A stretch of 63,840 nt of DNA, filler included, from Chiloscyllium plagiosum (taxonomy: Eukaryota), in the NCBI RefSeq assembly GCF_004010195.1. It is 4 parts of one record of this genome, joined end to end, with 100 filler letters (N's around TTAATTAATTAA, not from the genome) between each part and the next. Parts side by side here need not be neighbours in the genome. Positions count along the whole stretch, not along the records: positions 1 to 24,160 come from NC_057715.1; positions 24,261 to 40,081 come from NC_057715.1; 2 more parts are not named here. One strand, 5' to 3'. Positions 13,104-25,490 of this stretch are shown piece after piece; the first letter of the stretch is position 1; each line of letters starts with the position of its first letter. The translations under genes and the position numbers were made by a program. The notes beneath the pieces are model-generated. The model was not told the origin of the DNA. It saw nothing but the letters and a program-made list of their open reading frames with translations, and made no database searches.

Positions 13104-13921
13104 AGAAGTTTTCTTAACATAGTCCAGCTGTTAGTGCAGTTTCACCCTGACATCTGTGTTGCAACACTTCCACTGAAGAATTCAGTCTTGAACTAGGGCT
13201 TAGAAAGGGTTATATTTGAATTGTCCTCAAAACAAGGTTCCTAAACAGGGAAAAAAGTTACCAGCTGGCCAATCAATAGAGAGTTGAAGTGAGAGTAACT
13301 TCCTGGACATCACGGTCGAATTTAAAGTATGGCAACAAGGATCCTGAGTAAAGTTGAAGTCAATGTGAATAGGGGGCAAGCTCTTCAGTTATACTTAGCA
13401 CCAAGAAAGATTGTTATGGCTATTGGAAATCAATCATCTCAGTCCTAGAACATTGCTGCAGGATTTTTTGTTAGGATAGATATTAGTAAATCAACCTGTT
13501 CAGAGAGTGTTATTATACATCTCTGGAGCAGGTCTGTAATAGCTGGACAATATTGATAAGAAAATGTCTATTTTTAACTTGTAAATTTAAGATTTAGATA
13601 AAGATACAGAACGTTTGGCTGCCATGGTACCTCCACACTATAAATATACAGCATATAGAATCACATTAACAATAGTGTGAAAATCCAGTACAATGCCATT
13701 TCACTAACATCTTAAATTGTTCTGGAGTTTGATCAGGATATAAATCAAGTGGATAAGAGATGGGTGTGGAATTGACCTCATCACTTTTCTGGAAAAAGTG
13801 TTGATGGATCAAATAATTCCCCCAAGTATTTAGTCACATAAAAGGCTGAAAGCCTTCTTGAGTTTAGATTTTAAAAGTAAAATCATGGGTGGAGTAACAC
13901 AAATGAACTTTAGAAAACATT

Positions 13922-14508
13922 AGAGAGACACACACACACACACAGAGACACGCACAGAGAGAGAGAGAGACACNNNNNNNNNNNNNNNNNNNNNNNNNNN
14001 NNNNNNNNNNNNNNNNNNNNNNNNNNNNNNNNNNNNNNNNNNNNNNNNNNNNNNNNNNNNNNNNNNNNNNNNNNNNNNNNNNNNNNNNNNNNNNNNNNNN
14101 NNNNNNNNNNNNNNNNNNNNNNNNNNNNNNNNNNNNNNNNNNNNNNNNNNNNNNNNNNNNNNNNNNNNNNNNNNNNNNNNNNNNNNNNNNNNNNNNNNNN
14201 NNNNNNNNNNNNNNNNNNNNNNNNNNNNNNNNNNNNNNNNNNNNNNNNNNNNNNNNNNNNNNNNNNNNNNNNNNNNNNNNNNNNNNNNNNNNNNNNNNNN
14301 NNNNNNNNNNNNNNNNNNNNNNNNNNNNNNNNNNNNNNNNNNNNNNNNNNNNNNNNNNNNNNNNNNNNNNNNNNNNNNNNNNNNNNNNNNNNNNNNNNNN
14401 NNNNNNNNNNNNNNNNNNNNNNNNNNNNNNNNNNNNNNNNNNNNNNNNNNNNNNNNNNNNNNNNNNNNNNNNNGAGAGAGAGAGAGAGAGACAGCGAGAG
14501 AGAGAGCG
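13922..14508. repeat. (GA)n/(CA)n microsatellite spanning a ~500-N assembly gap
   Basis: Dinucleotide runs on both sides of the gap. Confidence 0.9.
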
Positions 14509-14589
14509 AAGCAAATATGTAGGCAGATTTTTTGGTTGGTATCCAAATATCAACTGGGATACAAACTGCATGATTGACAAGGAAGGCAC

Positions 14590-15725
14590 AAAATTCTGAA
14601 AACACATACAAATTCACCCAGCATGTAACAAGTTCATTAAGAGAGGGCACATTATAAATTTTGTCTTAGGAAATGAAGATGTGCAGGTGAATGAAGTAGC
14701 ACTGGTGACTATTTTGGACATCGTGATCATAATATGGTTAGATTTAGCATCATTATAGAATGAGGAAAAGACAGAACATGAGTAACAGCTCTAAATTCTG
14801 AGAAAACAGCATTACAAAGCAGAGATCTGGCAAAAAAGTGAACTGAGTAAAGTCAGTGGGAGGCATTCAGAAATACAATTCTGGGCACATTGTAGGTATG
14901 TATTCACAAGCAAAAAATTTGGTCACTGCCAAATGTACAGCTCACTGATTATCCAGAAGAATAAAGGGTAAGACAAAGTGCAAAAAAAAGTGCTTATGAT
15001 AATCCCAAAAAAAAAATCCTTTAGGAAGCTTGGAGTATAGAAAATGCAGGAGAGACATGAAAAATGTAGTTTGGAAATCACAGGGAGGGCAATGAAAAAA
15101 ATAATTGATCAGTAAAATTAAGGAAATTGACCAGTAAAACTAATGTACTGTTTAATCAGTACATTAGGAGCAACAAAGTATGAGGGAAATGGTTGGACTT
15201 TTGGGTTTTTTTATGTGTACTTCATCTGTGTCATCTAAAAAAAAAAGCCATGATGCAGACATTCTATTTGAAGAGGAACAGCACGAAGTATTAAATTCAA
15301 GTGAGACGGGAGGTACTAGAAGGGCACTGACCTCCTCGAAGGTAGATAATCAGAGCCAGATGAATTGTTTCCGAGGCAGTTACAAATGTATACTTATTTA
15401 AAATGATTGTGAGGGATAGGCCAAATAATTAAAGGCCAGTCAATCTGACCTCTGTGGTGGGTGAATTACTATCATCAGTATTGAGATTACAACTGGAAAA
15501 GCACAGATTGAACCGGGGATAGTTAGCATATTTTTGTTAAGAGGGAAGGTTGTGTCTAAGATGCAGGTACAACATTTAAAAGACATTTAGACAGGTACAC
15601 GAATAGGATAGGTTTAGAGGGATATGGGCCAAATGCAAGCACGTGGGACTAACTTAGATTAGAAACTTGGTCAGGCATGGATGGGTTGAATCGAAAAGAC
15701 TATTTCACAGGCATGTTACTCTATA
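14590..15725 (+). mobile_element. Decayed CR1 ORF2 fragments and CR1 3' end
   Basis: FTQHVTSSLREGTL.. endonuclease relic, RPVNLTSVVG, and TFKRHLDRY..GLEGYGPN tail. Confidence 0.7.
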
Positions 15726-16501
15726 ACACAGGCAAACATATGGTCAAATTATGTAATGAGGGGGGTAACACTAGCCAATCTGTCACAAAGTAAAATACTA
15801 GTCACAGGCAACTCTAATATGTTACCTATTGTGTCATAGGATTTGATCATCATTTGTAACATTGTATGACATAGGCTACACGCAACATAATAGTATTTTT
15901 CCATGAATGCACATATTCGTACAAAAATCTCAAACTCTGAAGCTGTGTCTCAGTTCAAGTTAGGAAACTGTTTGCAAAGGTCAATGATCATGCTCAAATC
16001 AATTTTGCTCTTCTTATCAAGAAGCATCACGTGTATTAATAATGTGCAAGGGAACAACAATGTGATCTTTAAAGCAGGAGCTGCTGGTAGCATTAAAGAT
16101 TTCTTCCGTCAAATGTACAAATATCAAAATCAGGCATAGTTTTACTGGTTTTTCACAAAAAGTATTCATAAATCATTGTTAAACATCCCAGAATTTCATG
16201 CATTAAAAATATAATTAACCATAATTCATTTGTCTTGATTGCAACACAAAATGTTTACATGACATTCATGAACAAAATGGTATCCACACCACAAAATGCA
16301 AAATCTGTGTGTAAAGATTTACATCATAAAATGGCCGTTTAAAAACTTGAAATTAAATGGTACATCTTCTCTTGTTAATTGATAGGACTTTATTTATGAA
16401 TACATCAAGGAAAAGATTAAAACATGCAAGTTGAGATTAGAAGAAAGGTCCAAAATATATGGATTCAAGTTAAAGTACAATAGATTGGAACTAAAACCAA
16501 G

Positions 16502-16673
16502 GTGCTGGAAAAAACCCAATAAGTCTGGCGACACCTGTGGTGAAAAGTTAATTGAATCTGGTAAGACTTCATTGGAACTGTTCAGTAGTTCTGAAAAGTC
16601 AGATTGGCCTCAAAATGTTAACTCTGCTTCTCCCTCCACAAACGCTGCCACACCTGCTGAGTTTCTCCAGCAC
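16502..16673. mobile_element. Palindromic (MITE-like) element of two inverted ~80-bp arms related to PLE 3' ends
   Basis: The arm gtgctggaaaaaacccaataagtctggc..gaact pairs imperfectly with agttc..gccacacctgctgagtttctccagcac. The arm resembles the PLE tail gctgcctgacctgctgtgcttttccagca. Confidence 0.7.
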
Positions 16674-18572
16674 GTTTCCTTCCAATTTCCTGCCCTTGAC
16701 TACTTCTTCTGAAACTAGTTACTTAGCTAAATTAAAATCTTCTACATCTTTAGATTTTGCGAATAATGAAAATACTAATTTCATAAGAAATCTGATTAAA
16801 ATGCAGAATCACATTTTCAACATCACGCGACATCTTATTCCACCTTAATACGACGAATGCATAGCTTCAAACACCCAAATAATTTCACTACTCCGGTAGC
16901 AAACAAATATAAATGCAATTTATTTTAAGAATCATTGTCAGTTACAGCTTTAATCTGACCTTAATATGCAAGAATGGAAACACTATCAGCAACACTTTTT
17001 TCCTCCATTGTACAGTTTACATGGCATACTTTACTCCAGTGAGATTTTTGGTTGCTTAGTACTTACTACTTCAATTGTACAGAACTCTCCATTTGTATAA
17101 CACTTCAAATATTTTGCTCACATCTCAGTCTGATTTGCTGTTTAATGTCGTACACTTCTTTTTCAATACCAAGCTTATCTTTTAAAATTCTTTTCATCAA
17201 GACTGGACAAAAGATGGAAATATTACTCTCCAAAAAAACTGGAAAGGAAAAACATGAGTAAACATCAACCCAAATGATTTGCGATTGCTAGAAGTACTGC
17301 ATAAATGAGCTATTCTAGTGTTAACTGTTCCACAAAACTTGTTTGCTTTATACAACGATTAGGCACCACAATATATTTACATTTATACAACAGCATGATC
17401 ATCCTACAGAAATACTCTGATCGCAACTGTGAAAAAGAAATCAATAAAGATAGTAATTCAGTTCAAAAGGCAACTCAAGAAGAGATCTTTTGAAGATCCT
17501 TTTTTCCACTATTGCACACGATTATACTGTACAAATAAACCTCAAATGAGTTTTGCTCTATTAAAGCTTCCTTGGAAGATTATTCCAATTATTTAGTGTG
17601 CAGGATAGAAATTAATTTTATCTAGAATTTTCTCCTGGTATTTGCTATAAAATAGAACTTAGTTGAAAAAGCATTTAAGGTTCTCGACTGGAAAATCTGG
17701 TATTTAGAATGATGAAGATTAGATTTTAACATGCTTGATGCTGCATACATTGGACTACCACTCTGGTGCCTATTCTTAAAGAGTGAGTAGGGCAAATGGT
17801 AGACAAAGTAAACAAGAAAGAGTATGAGAGCATATGAAAAATCAGAGAGGGCAAACATGCACATACGTGAATGAGCAAAAACACCATACACCAAATGAAA
17901 AAATAACCACAAAATATTAGGTATTGAAATACTTGAATGGGGAAATCCACAGCATTAGTTCTGAAGAGGCCATTTCAACTGATGGTTACATAACCTTTCT
18001 CCAGTTATATTCTAAATGAATAGAACCAAAAGATGAGAGTGTGTAATTGGGGGTATAAAAGAATGTGGAATGAGGTCAAAATAAAATCAACTGTATCACA
18101 TTGAATGGTGAAGCATGCTTAAAGGGCTGAGTGGCCTACTCTTGTTCCTACTTTTTATGTTCACGTGCATTGATGTTTAAGAGTGCAAAATACATGCACT
18201 TTTGCAATTAAGACATCTATGTTAATGCAGAGACAAGCGGGTCGATCCACTCACTTCAGATATTCTGGAAATCTAAGTGGTCCTGATTCTGGTGCAAAAT
18301 CTTTCAAAACCAGGAACCATGGAAGCATATTTTTCTATGTTTTCTCATTCTTGGGTAACCTAGAAATAATGTCAAAAGGTAGGGTGCATTGCAACTAAAA
18401 AGGTAACCTGTGCTCCACTGATTCATCTTTGAAGTGGAACTGTTTGTAGTGGAAAAGTTACAATGCACAAATTCCTCAGCTGCAATAACGGTGAGGAATT
18501 TTACCTTATTCACAACAGATTAGAAAGAAATTTTAAATATCAAATGTTGAAGTACCAAAGATCACATCTTAC

Positions 18573-18700
18573 CCATTTTCTTTTTCAGAGTTGATCCTGG
18601 GTTCAGGGGCCATTAGGTTAACAGAAGTCAAGTTGTGTTTATTATATTTGTGCCTTGTATCATGCAGAGTCCTTAAATTTGCATCATAAGACAACAAAAT
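18573..18700 (-). CDS. SKA3: SKA3 (spindle and kinetochore-associated complex subunit 3) C-terminal coding exon, 128 bp
   Basis: Acceptor ..tgtatgccag, donor GG|gtaaga. The only open frame is ILLSYDANLRTLHDTRHKYNKHNLTSVNLMAPEPRINSEKEN. It resembles human SKA3 LLSKYNSNL...SNKEN as I recall it, and is in phase with the exon at 20545-20760. Confidence 0.85.
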
Positions 18701-18969
18701 CTGGCATACAGATTAAAATTAGAATATTATGACAAAATAAATCAGAAACTTGCAATTTATATAAAAAAAATGAAATTATAATTATTGGAATGCATAGACA
18801 AGTCAGAAAAAAAACCTCCAAATGGATCAATGACAAACAATTTTAAAGCAAAGGAAGTAGCCATGTGCATCTATTCTAGGTTTCTAATATAGGGGTCAAT
18901 AATCATGGTTTATCTAATAGGCATAAATAACCTGTTTTTAATACAATGTTAATTTAGTAAAATGTTCTG

Positions 18970-20465
18970 AAGTCATAAAATCAGAGTACAGCACAGGAAA
19001 AGATCATTTTGTTTATCAAGTTCATACCAACTCCGCATGGTCAATCCAAATCAGTCCCACCATTATCCCTAGAGCCCTGGAAGCTTACTTCTATCAAGTG
19101 TGCTTTTCCTTTGAAGTCATTCATTGCTTCGGCATGTATTACCCTTGAAGGCAACAAGGTCCAGGCCATTATTGCTCACTACAGACAAAAGTGCTTTCAT
19201 GTCACAGAGTTGTACAGCATAGAAAAGACCCTTCGGTCCAACTAGTCCATACTGACAAAATTTCCCAAACTAAACCACTTCCACTTGCCTGTGTTTGGCC
19301 TATATCCTTCCAAACCTTTCCTATTCATGTACCTATCCAAATGTCTTTTAAATGTTGTAACTGTACCTACATCTACCATTTTCTCTGGCAGTTTATTCAA
19401 CATATGAACTACTGTGTGCATTTTCATGCTCCTAGTACATTTGAATTTTCAAAAGCATTCATTAATATGCCACAACAAGGATTACCAAAATTATGGCTCA
19501 TAGGAATGCCAGTGATATAGTAGCTTAGACAGAGGATTAAACAATTGAAAGCAAACATTGAGTAAATGGGATCCGTTTGGTATCAAAGGGTATGGGGAGT
19601 TGGATAATGACAAAGATGACAGGCTGTAGTGAGCAAGGTACCAAAAGGATCACTGCTTGAACCACGATCACTTAAAATTTATAGTAATGACTTGGATGAC
19701 TGAACTAAGCACTGTGTATGCAGTACACAAAGTCAGATAAAAAAAGAAAGCTCTGAAGAGACCAAGAGACTACAAAAAGAGATGTAGATAAATCGAGTAG
19801 ACAACTATGCAGAAGGTGGAATATAGTGCTGATCAATGTGAAGTTACCCATTTGGGAAAGACAGCAAAGTCGATGGTTTTAAGTTTAAGGACTTGGGAAA
19901 TATTGGTATTCAGACCTGGGGGTTTCTTTGTATGTTAATCACAAAATTGACACGTTAAAGTAGGTTTTCTCTCGTGCTTCTCAACTCTAACGAGTACAGG
20001 CCCAACTTACCCAAACTCAAAGAAAACCTTTCCATACTTGGAATCAGCCTGGTGAACCTTCTCTGGACTGCCTCCAGTGTCAGTACACCTTTCTTTAGGT
20101 AAAGGGGATGAAAATTGTTCACAGTATTCTAGGTGTGACCAGAATAGTACCTTCTTTAATTTCAGTAAAACCTATTTTTATACTTCATTCCTTTTGAAAT
20201 AATGACCAAAATTCTATTTGCTTTTCCCATTAACTGCTAAATTTGGATGCTGGCCTTTTGTGATACACTCATTGAAAAACCTCAAACCCTCTGTGCTGCA
20301 ACTTCTGCAGTCCTTCCCAATTTAAATAATATTCAGCTCACCTATTCTTCCTGAGAAAGTGCACAACTTCACATTATATTCCATTTGCTGAACCTTGCCA
20401 CTCACAACCTACCTACATCTCACTGGAGATAGTATCTTTCTCACTGTTTGCCTTCCCACTTATTT
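18970..20465. mobile_element. Cluster of CR1 fragments (minus-strand 3' tails 18970-19410, + RT relic 19420-19950, minus RT relic 19960-20465) in an SKA3 intron
   Basis: TFKRHLDRYMNRKGLEG on minus. EFSKAFINMPQQGL/GSLLEP..IYSNDLDD on plus. Confidence 0.72.
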
Positions 20466-20544
20466 TTTATGATTACAATACTGTATTTTACTGATTTAAT
20501 TTTAATTCTGAGGTGGTAGAAATTAAACAAGAAACAATACTAAC

Positions 20545-20760
20545 CTTAAGAACATCTGCAGTAATGTGTGTAGCCATTTCTGGGGCTTTTGGTGTCTGTG
20601 GGATTTCATGTTCAGTTATCATCAGTGGTGGCGATGGTGATTTGTTGCATCCATTCAGAAGGTAATTCATAGAATGAATAGCTGCTGGTGGAGGCTGTTC
20701 TAAATCTGAAGAAGTTTTCTCTATAGGTGTAGTTGTTTTTTCATTCTTAGAATTTTGACA
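20545..20760 (-). CDS. SKA3: SKA3 coding exon, 216 bp (phase 0/0)
   Basis: Strong acceptor ttttctttttctgtttctcatcag, donor AAG|gttagt. Encodes CQNSKNEKTTTPIEKTSSDLEQPPPAAIHSMNYLLNGCNKSPSPPLMITEHEIPQTPKAPEMATHITADVLK. TPKAPEMATHITADVLK resembles human TPTPPEVTKIPEDILQ. Confidence 0.85.
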
Positions 20761-21139
20761 CTGATGAGAAACAGAAAAAGAAAATATAACTGTATTTGCA
20801 GAGAGGTATTCAGTGTCATTATGCCCAATTCTATTTATTAGGAACTACTTTCATTTTTAAGGTTATGTCTCTCCAAGTTATTTTTCTTCTCTCTGGCAAT
20901 CAAAAAGGCATCTTGCTTGTACATTACTGGCTAGACTGTGTTGAGAGTTTAATGCAAGAGTTTAGTGGTAACTGTCATTCCTTCCCACTATGGTGAAAAA
21001 GTGCTCTTCAATTCCACTTTTCTACATTTCTACAGCAGCAAGATAATGGCAATTCCAAAGAGTACACATAGGAATTCATGCAATTTTATGCCTCATGAGT
21101 AGCATATTTTTACTATGAGGTGACCAGAGAATTAATTTT

Positions 21140-21681
21140 TTTTTAAAATTTATTCATTTTGTGAGATGTGAGCATCACTGGCTGGCCAGCATTTATTGCC
21201 AGTCCCGACTTGCCCTTGAGAAGGTGGTGGTAAGCTGCCTTCTTGAACTGCTGCAGTCCACCTGCTGTAGGTTGACCTACAATGCCATTAGGAAGAGAAT
21301 TCCAGGATTTTGACCCAGTGAAGGAACGGTGATGTATTTCCAAGTCAGAATGATGAGTAACTTGAAGCTGGTGGCTTTCCTATCTATCTACTGCCCTTGT
21401 TCTTCTAAATGGAAGTGGTCGTGGGTTTGGAAGGTGCTGAGAGAGGATCTTTGGTGAACTCCTGCAGTACATCTCATAGATAGCACACTGCTGCTACTGA
21501 GGGTCAGTGGTGGAGAGAGTGGATGATTATGCATGTGGTGCCAATCAAGCATTCTGCTTTGTCCTGGGTGGTGTTGTTGAGGCTGCACTAATCCAGACAA
21601 GTAGGGAGTATTCAATCACACTCCTGACCTGTGCCTTGTACATGGTGGACAGGTTTTCATGAGTCAGGAGGGGAGATGCCC
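21140..21681 (-). mobile_element. CR1/L2-group LINE (second family) 3' end
   Basis: STMYKAQVRSVIEYS, SKSWNSLPNGIVG and LQQFKKAAYHHLLKG, plus a 3' tail. Confidence 0.82.
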
Positions 21682-22880
21682 ATTCATGGTCTGTTCCATG
21701 AGCGAGTAAAGATTTTTGATGCAAAATTTCCCAGTTGTATTTACGGATTCTGTTGTGGGCATCATTGATCATTTCTCTAAGCATTCTGTGGCCATTTTGC
21801 TCTGCTATTCTTTTGCTAGTGGGGTGTTAAGGGGAGATCATCACTAAACGAAACAAATTAGAGGAAACCTTCAAGACCATCAATAATACCCTTACTGGCA
21901 TAAAATTCACTAAAGAGGAGAAAAACAACAACAAACTGCCGTTCCTAGATGTCACAAGAGAGTAAACAGCCAATGGGGTACTTCAAACTAGCGTCTACAG
22001 GAAAACAACACAGACGGACGAAGTATTGAACTACAAAAGCAATCATCCCAACCTCCACAAATGAAGCTGCATCTGAACATTATTTTAACGAGTAAACACA
22101 CACTGCAGCACAGAGGAACTACGCAGAGCAGAGGAAAATCACCTGTACCGTGTATTCATAAAGAATGGGTACCCAATAAACACAGTCTGCCGATTTCTCA
22201 GCAACAAACCCAAACAAGCAAACAAAACACGTCCAGAAACCCTAGCCATTCTCCCCTACATCAAAGACTACTCAGACCCCTTGGCATCATGGTAGCCCAC
22301 AAACCCACTAAAACAGCAGCTAATGAACGTGAAATCCTATAGACAACGAGCAAAACTAATGTCATTTACAAAATATTGTGCAAGGACTGTAACAAACACT
22401 ACATTGGACAAACAAGCAGAAAACTAGCCCACAAGATACATGAACATCAACTAGCTCCAAAACGACATGACCCTCTCTCACGAGTATTCTTGCATATAGA
22501 TAAGGATGGACACCACTTCGACTGGGATAACACATCCATCCTAGGACAAGCCAAACAGAGACACGCACGAGAATTCCTAGAAGCATAGAATTCCGGTTGG
22601 AATGTCATCAATAAACATTGACTTGGACCCCATTTCCCACCTCCTGAGGAGGAAAAAAAAAACAGGAAATTGCATCACCATAGGAAATGACATCACCAAC
22701 CCAAGGAAACCCCAACATATAAATAGGAAGCAGGAAACAACAGCAGTGCTTTGTCCAGAGGCTCACTGAAGATGTTACCTCGTATGATGACAAAATGTCT
22801 TAAAATAAACTTTCCAGCTCAGCAAACAAACTTACATCCAGAACCTCAACCTGAGCTACAAATCTTCTCAAAACTTGCTA
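21682..22880 (+). mobile_element. Penelope/Poseidon-type PLE (RT C-terminus, GIY-YIG, 3' end), preceded by a short inverted fragment (21682-21820)
   Basis: IKFTKEE..LPFLDV..TSVYRKTT and NVIYKI.CKDCNKHYIGQTSRKL..AREFLEA. Degenerate hammerhead at 22766-22799. Confidence 0.88.
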
Positions 22881-23970
22881 GTCATGAATGGTGCTGAACA
22901 TCCCCACTTCTGTTATGGTGGAGGAAAGATCATTAATGAAGCAACTGAAGATGGTTGGGCTTAGGACATTACCCTGAGGAACTCCTGCAGAGATGTCCTG
23001 GAGAAGAGATGATTAACCCCAGCAACAATGACTATCTTGCTCTGTCTCCTGTATGACTCTAACCACCAGAGAGCTTGCCCCTGATACCTATCAATTCCAG
23101 TTGGCTAGGGCTCCTTAATACCACACTTGGTCAAATGCAGCCTTGATGTCAAGAGCTATCACTCTCACCTCACCTCTGGAATTCAGCTCTTTTGTCAATG
23201 TTTGAACCAAGACTGTAATGAGGTCAGGAGCTGAATGGCATCACTGAGCAGGTACTGTTTGATAGCACTCTAATGACCCCTTCCATCACTTTACTGATGA
23301 TCGAGAGTAGACTGATGGGCTGGTAATTGGCTGGGTTAGATTTGTCCTGCTTGTTACGTACAGTACATACTTGGGAAATTTTCCACATTGCTGGGTAGCT
23401 GCCAGTGTTGTAACTGTACTGGAACAGCTTGGTTAGGAGAGCACCAAGTTCTGGAGCACAAGTCTTCAGTATATTGCCTGAATGTTGTCAGAGCCAGTAG
23501 CCTTTGCAGTATCCAGTACCTCCAATTCTTTCTTGATATCACATGGAGTAAATAGATTTGGCCAAAGACTGGTATCTGTTATGCTGGGGACCACTGCAGA
23601 AGACTAAGATGGATCACTCAATCGGCACTTCTGGCTGGAAATTGCTGGGAAAGTTTCAAGCCTCATCCTTTGCACTTACATGTTGGGATTTTCCATCATT
23701 GAAGATGGGGGTATTTGTGGAGCCCCCCCCTCCAGTGAGTGGTTTAATTGTCCACCACCATTCAGCAATGGGTGTGGCAGGACTGCAGAGCTCAGATCTG
23801 ATCCATTGGATGGGAAATTGCTTAGCTCTGTCCAACACTTGCTGCTTATGTGGTTTGGCATGCAAGTAGGCCTGTTTGGTGGCTTCACCTGTTTGACACC
23901 TCATCCTCAGGTATGCCCGGTGCTGTTCCTGGCTTGCCCTCCTGCACTCTCCATTGATTCAGGGTTGATC
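22881..23970 (-). mobile_element. Same CR1/L2-group LINE, RT region (split by the PLE)
   Basis: WWWTIKPLTGGGG and SNPANYQPISLLSIISKVME motifs. Confidence 0.82.
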
Positions 23971-23974
23971 CACG

Positions 23975-24160
23975 TGATAGAGAGTCAAGGAATAGGGAGA
24001 GAGAACAGTTAAATGCGTGGCCAGGAGGTGCAGGAGGTAGGGATTCTGGTATCTGGATAACTGGGGTTCTTTCTGGGGAAGGTGGAACCTCTATAAACAG
24101 GATGGTTTACACCTGAACCTGACGGGCACCAGTATCCTTGGGGGGAGGTTTGCTCGTGCT
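23975..24160 (+). mobile_element. CR1 ORF1 esterase C-terminal fragment
   Basis: QLNAW..DNWGSFWGRWNLYKQDGLHLN. Confidence 0.75.
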
Positions 24161-24260
24161 NNNNNNNNNNNNNNNNNNNNNNNNNNNNNNNNNNNNNNNN
24201 NNNNTTAATTAATTAANNNNNNNNNNNNNNNNNNNNNNNNNNNNNNNNNNNNNNNNNNNN

Positions 24261-24612
24261 CAGATGACAAGCAACATGAGTTCGACTGGGACAACACTAC
24301 TATTATAGGACAAGCCAAACAGAGAACAGCCAGGGAATTCCTGGAGGCATGGCAATCATCCACAGATCCTATCGACCTGGACCCAATATACCAGCCACTG
24401 CAGCGGACAGCTGGAACTGACAACTGGAAGCGGCAGATTCAAACCACTATAAATGCCGAAGGAAACATCACAGAAGCACTTCACAGGAGGCTCCCAAGCA
24501 CTGAGGATGTCACCTAGACAGGGGACGAAACGTCTGCTACACAAATTCCCAGCTCGGTGAACAGAACCACAACAACGAGCACCCGAGCTACAAATCTTCT
24601 CACAAAATTTAA
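24261..24612 (+). mobile_element. Penelope/Poseidon-type PLE 3' end
   Basis: QHEFDWDNTTIIGQAKQRTAREFLEAW. 3' end gagcacccgagctacaaatcttc. Confidence 0.88.
24497..24538 (+). ncRNA. Minimal type I hammerhead ribozyme motif
   Basis: agca-CUGAGGA-U-gucaccu(agac)aggggac-GAAAC-GUC-ugcu. Stem I AGCA/UGCU, 7-bp stem II with one mismatch. Confidence 0.8.
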
Positions 24613-24949
24613 ATGTAGATATGCTGGATAAAATTGCAATTTGCTCTGATAATTTAATTCTGTTTTCTATGCATTCAAATTTAGGTTTTGTAAAAATGGT
24701 AAAAGCAATACCACAAATTACTTTTCTCAAAGATGATGCATTTTACAATGAGATTGACAGAATATGATGACAGGCCTTCATGAACAATAACTTCTCTCAA
24801 GAAGTAGAAGCTGACCACCAGTAACTTGTCACTAATAAAATGGTAGTTCACTTACAATCAACATAACAAAATGAAATAACATGACAGTTCAATGATTGCC
24901 AGTGAGTTTTTAAAATTTGTTGCAATCACTATATTATACTATTTTTATA

Positions 24950-25490
24950 GAGTCATACAGCATTGATATAAACCCTTTGGTCCAGCCAGTCCATGCCGAC
25001 CATAATCCCAAAATAAACGTGCCCCACCTGCCTGCATGTGACCCATATCCCTCTAAATATTTCTTATTCATGTACTTATCCAAATGTTGTTTAAATGTTG
25101 TAACTGTAGCCGTATCCACCACTGCTTCTGAAAGTTCATTCCACATATGAACCAATCTCTGTGTAAAAAAGTTTGCCCCCATGTCTTTTTTAAATCTCTC
25201 TCTCCTCTCACTTAAAATATGTCTTCTAATCTTGAAACCCTCAAACATAGGGAAAGGACACCTGCCATTCACCTTATCTATACCCCTCATGATTTTATAA
25301 GGTCACCCCTTAACCTCCTACACCCCAGTGGAAAACATCCCAGCCTATCCAACCTTCCTTTATATTTCAAAAATTCCATACCTGGCAACATCCTGGTAAA
25401 TCTCCCCTGAACATCTCCTACTTGATAATATCTCTCCTATAACAGGGTGACCAGATTGGGACACAGCACTCCAGAAGAGGCCTCAACAAC
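24950..25490 (-). mobile_element. CR1 (HER1-like) 3' end
   Basis: MRGIDKVN..FFTQRLVHMWNELSE..TFKQHLDKYM. Confidence 0.85.

Noticed and set aside
13864..14650. Long ORFs made mostly of X (also 30963-31475, 31189-31446, 53621-54024)
   Set aside because: They are artefacts of translating through N gaps and microsatellites.
24205..24216. TTAATTAATTAA centred in 100-bp N runs (also 40126-40137 and 58156-58167)
   Set aside because: An identical six-frame-stop spacer in the middle of three equal gaps is a scaffolding linker, not biology.
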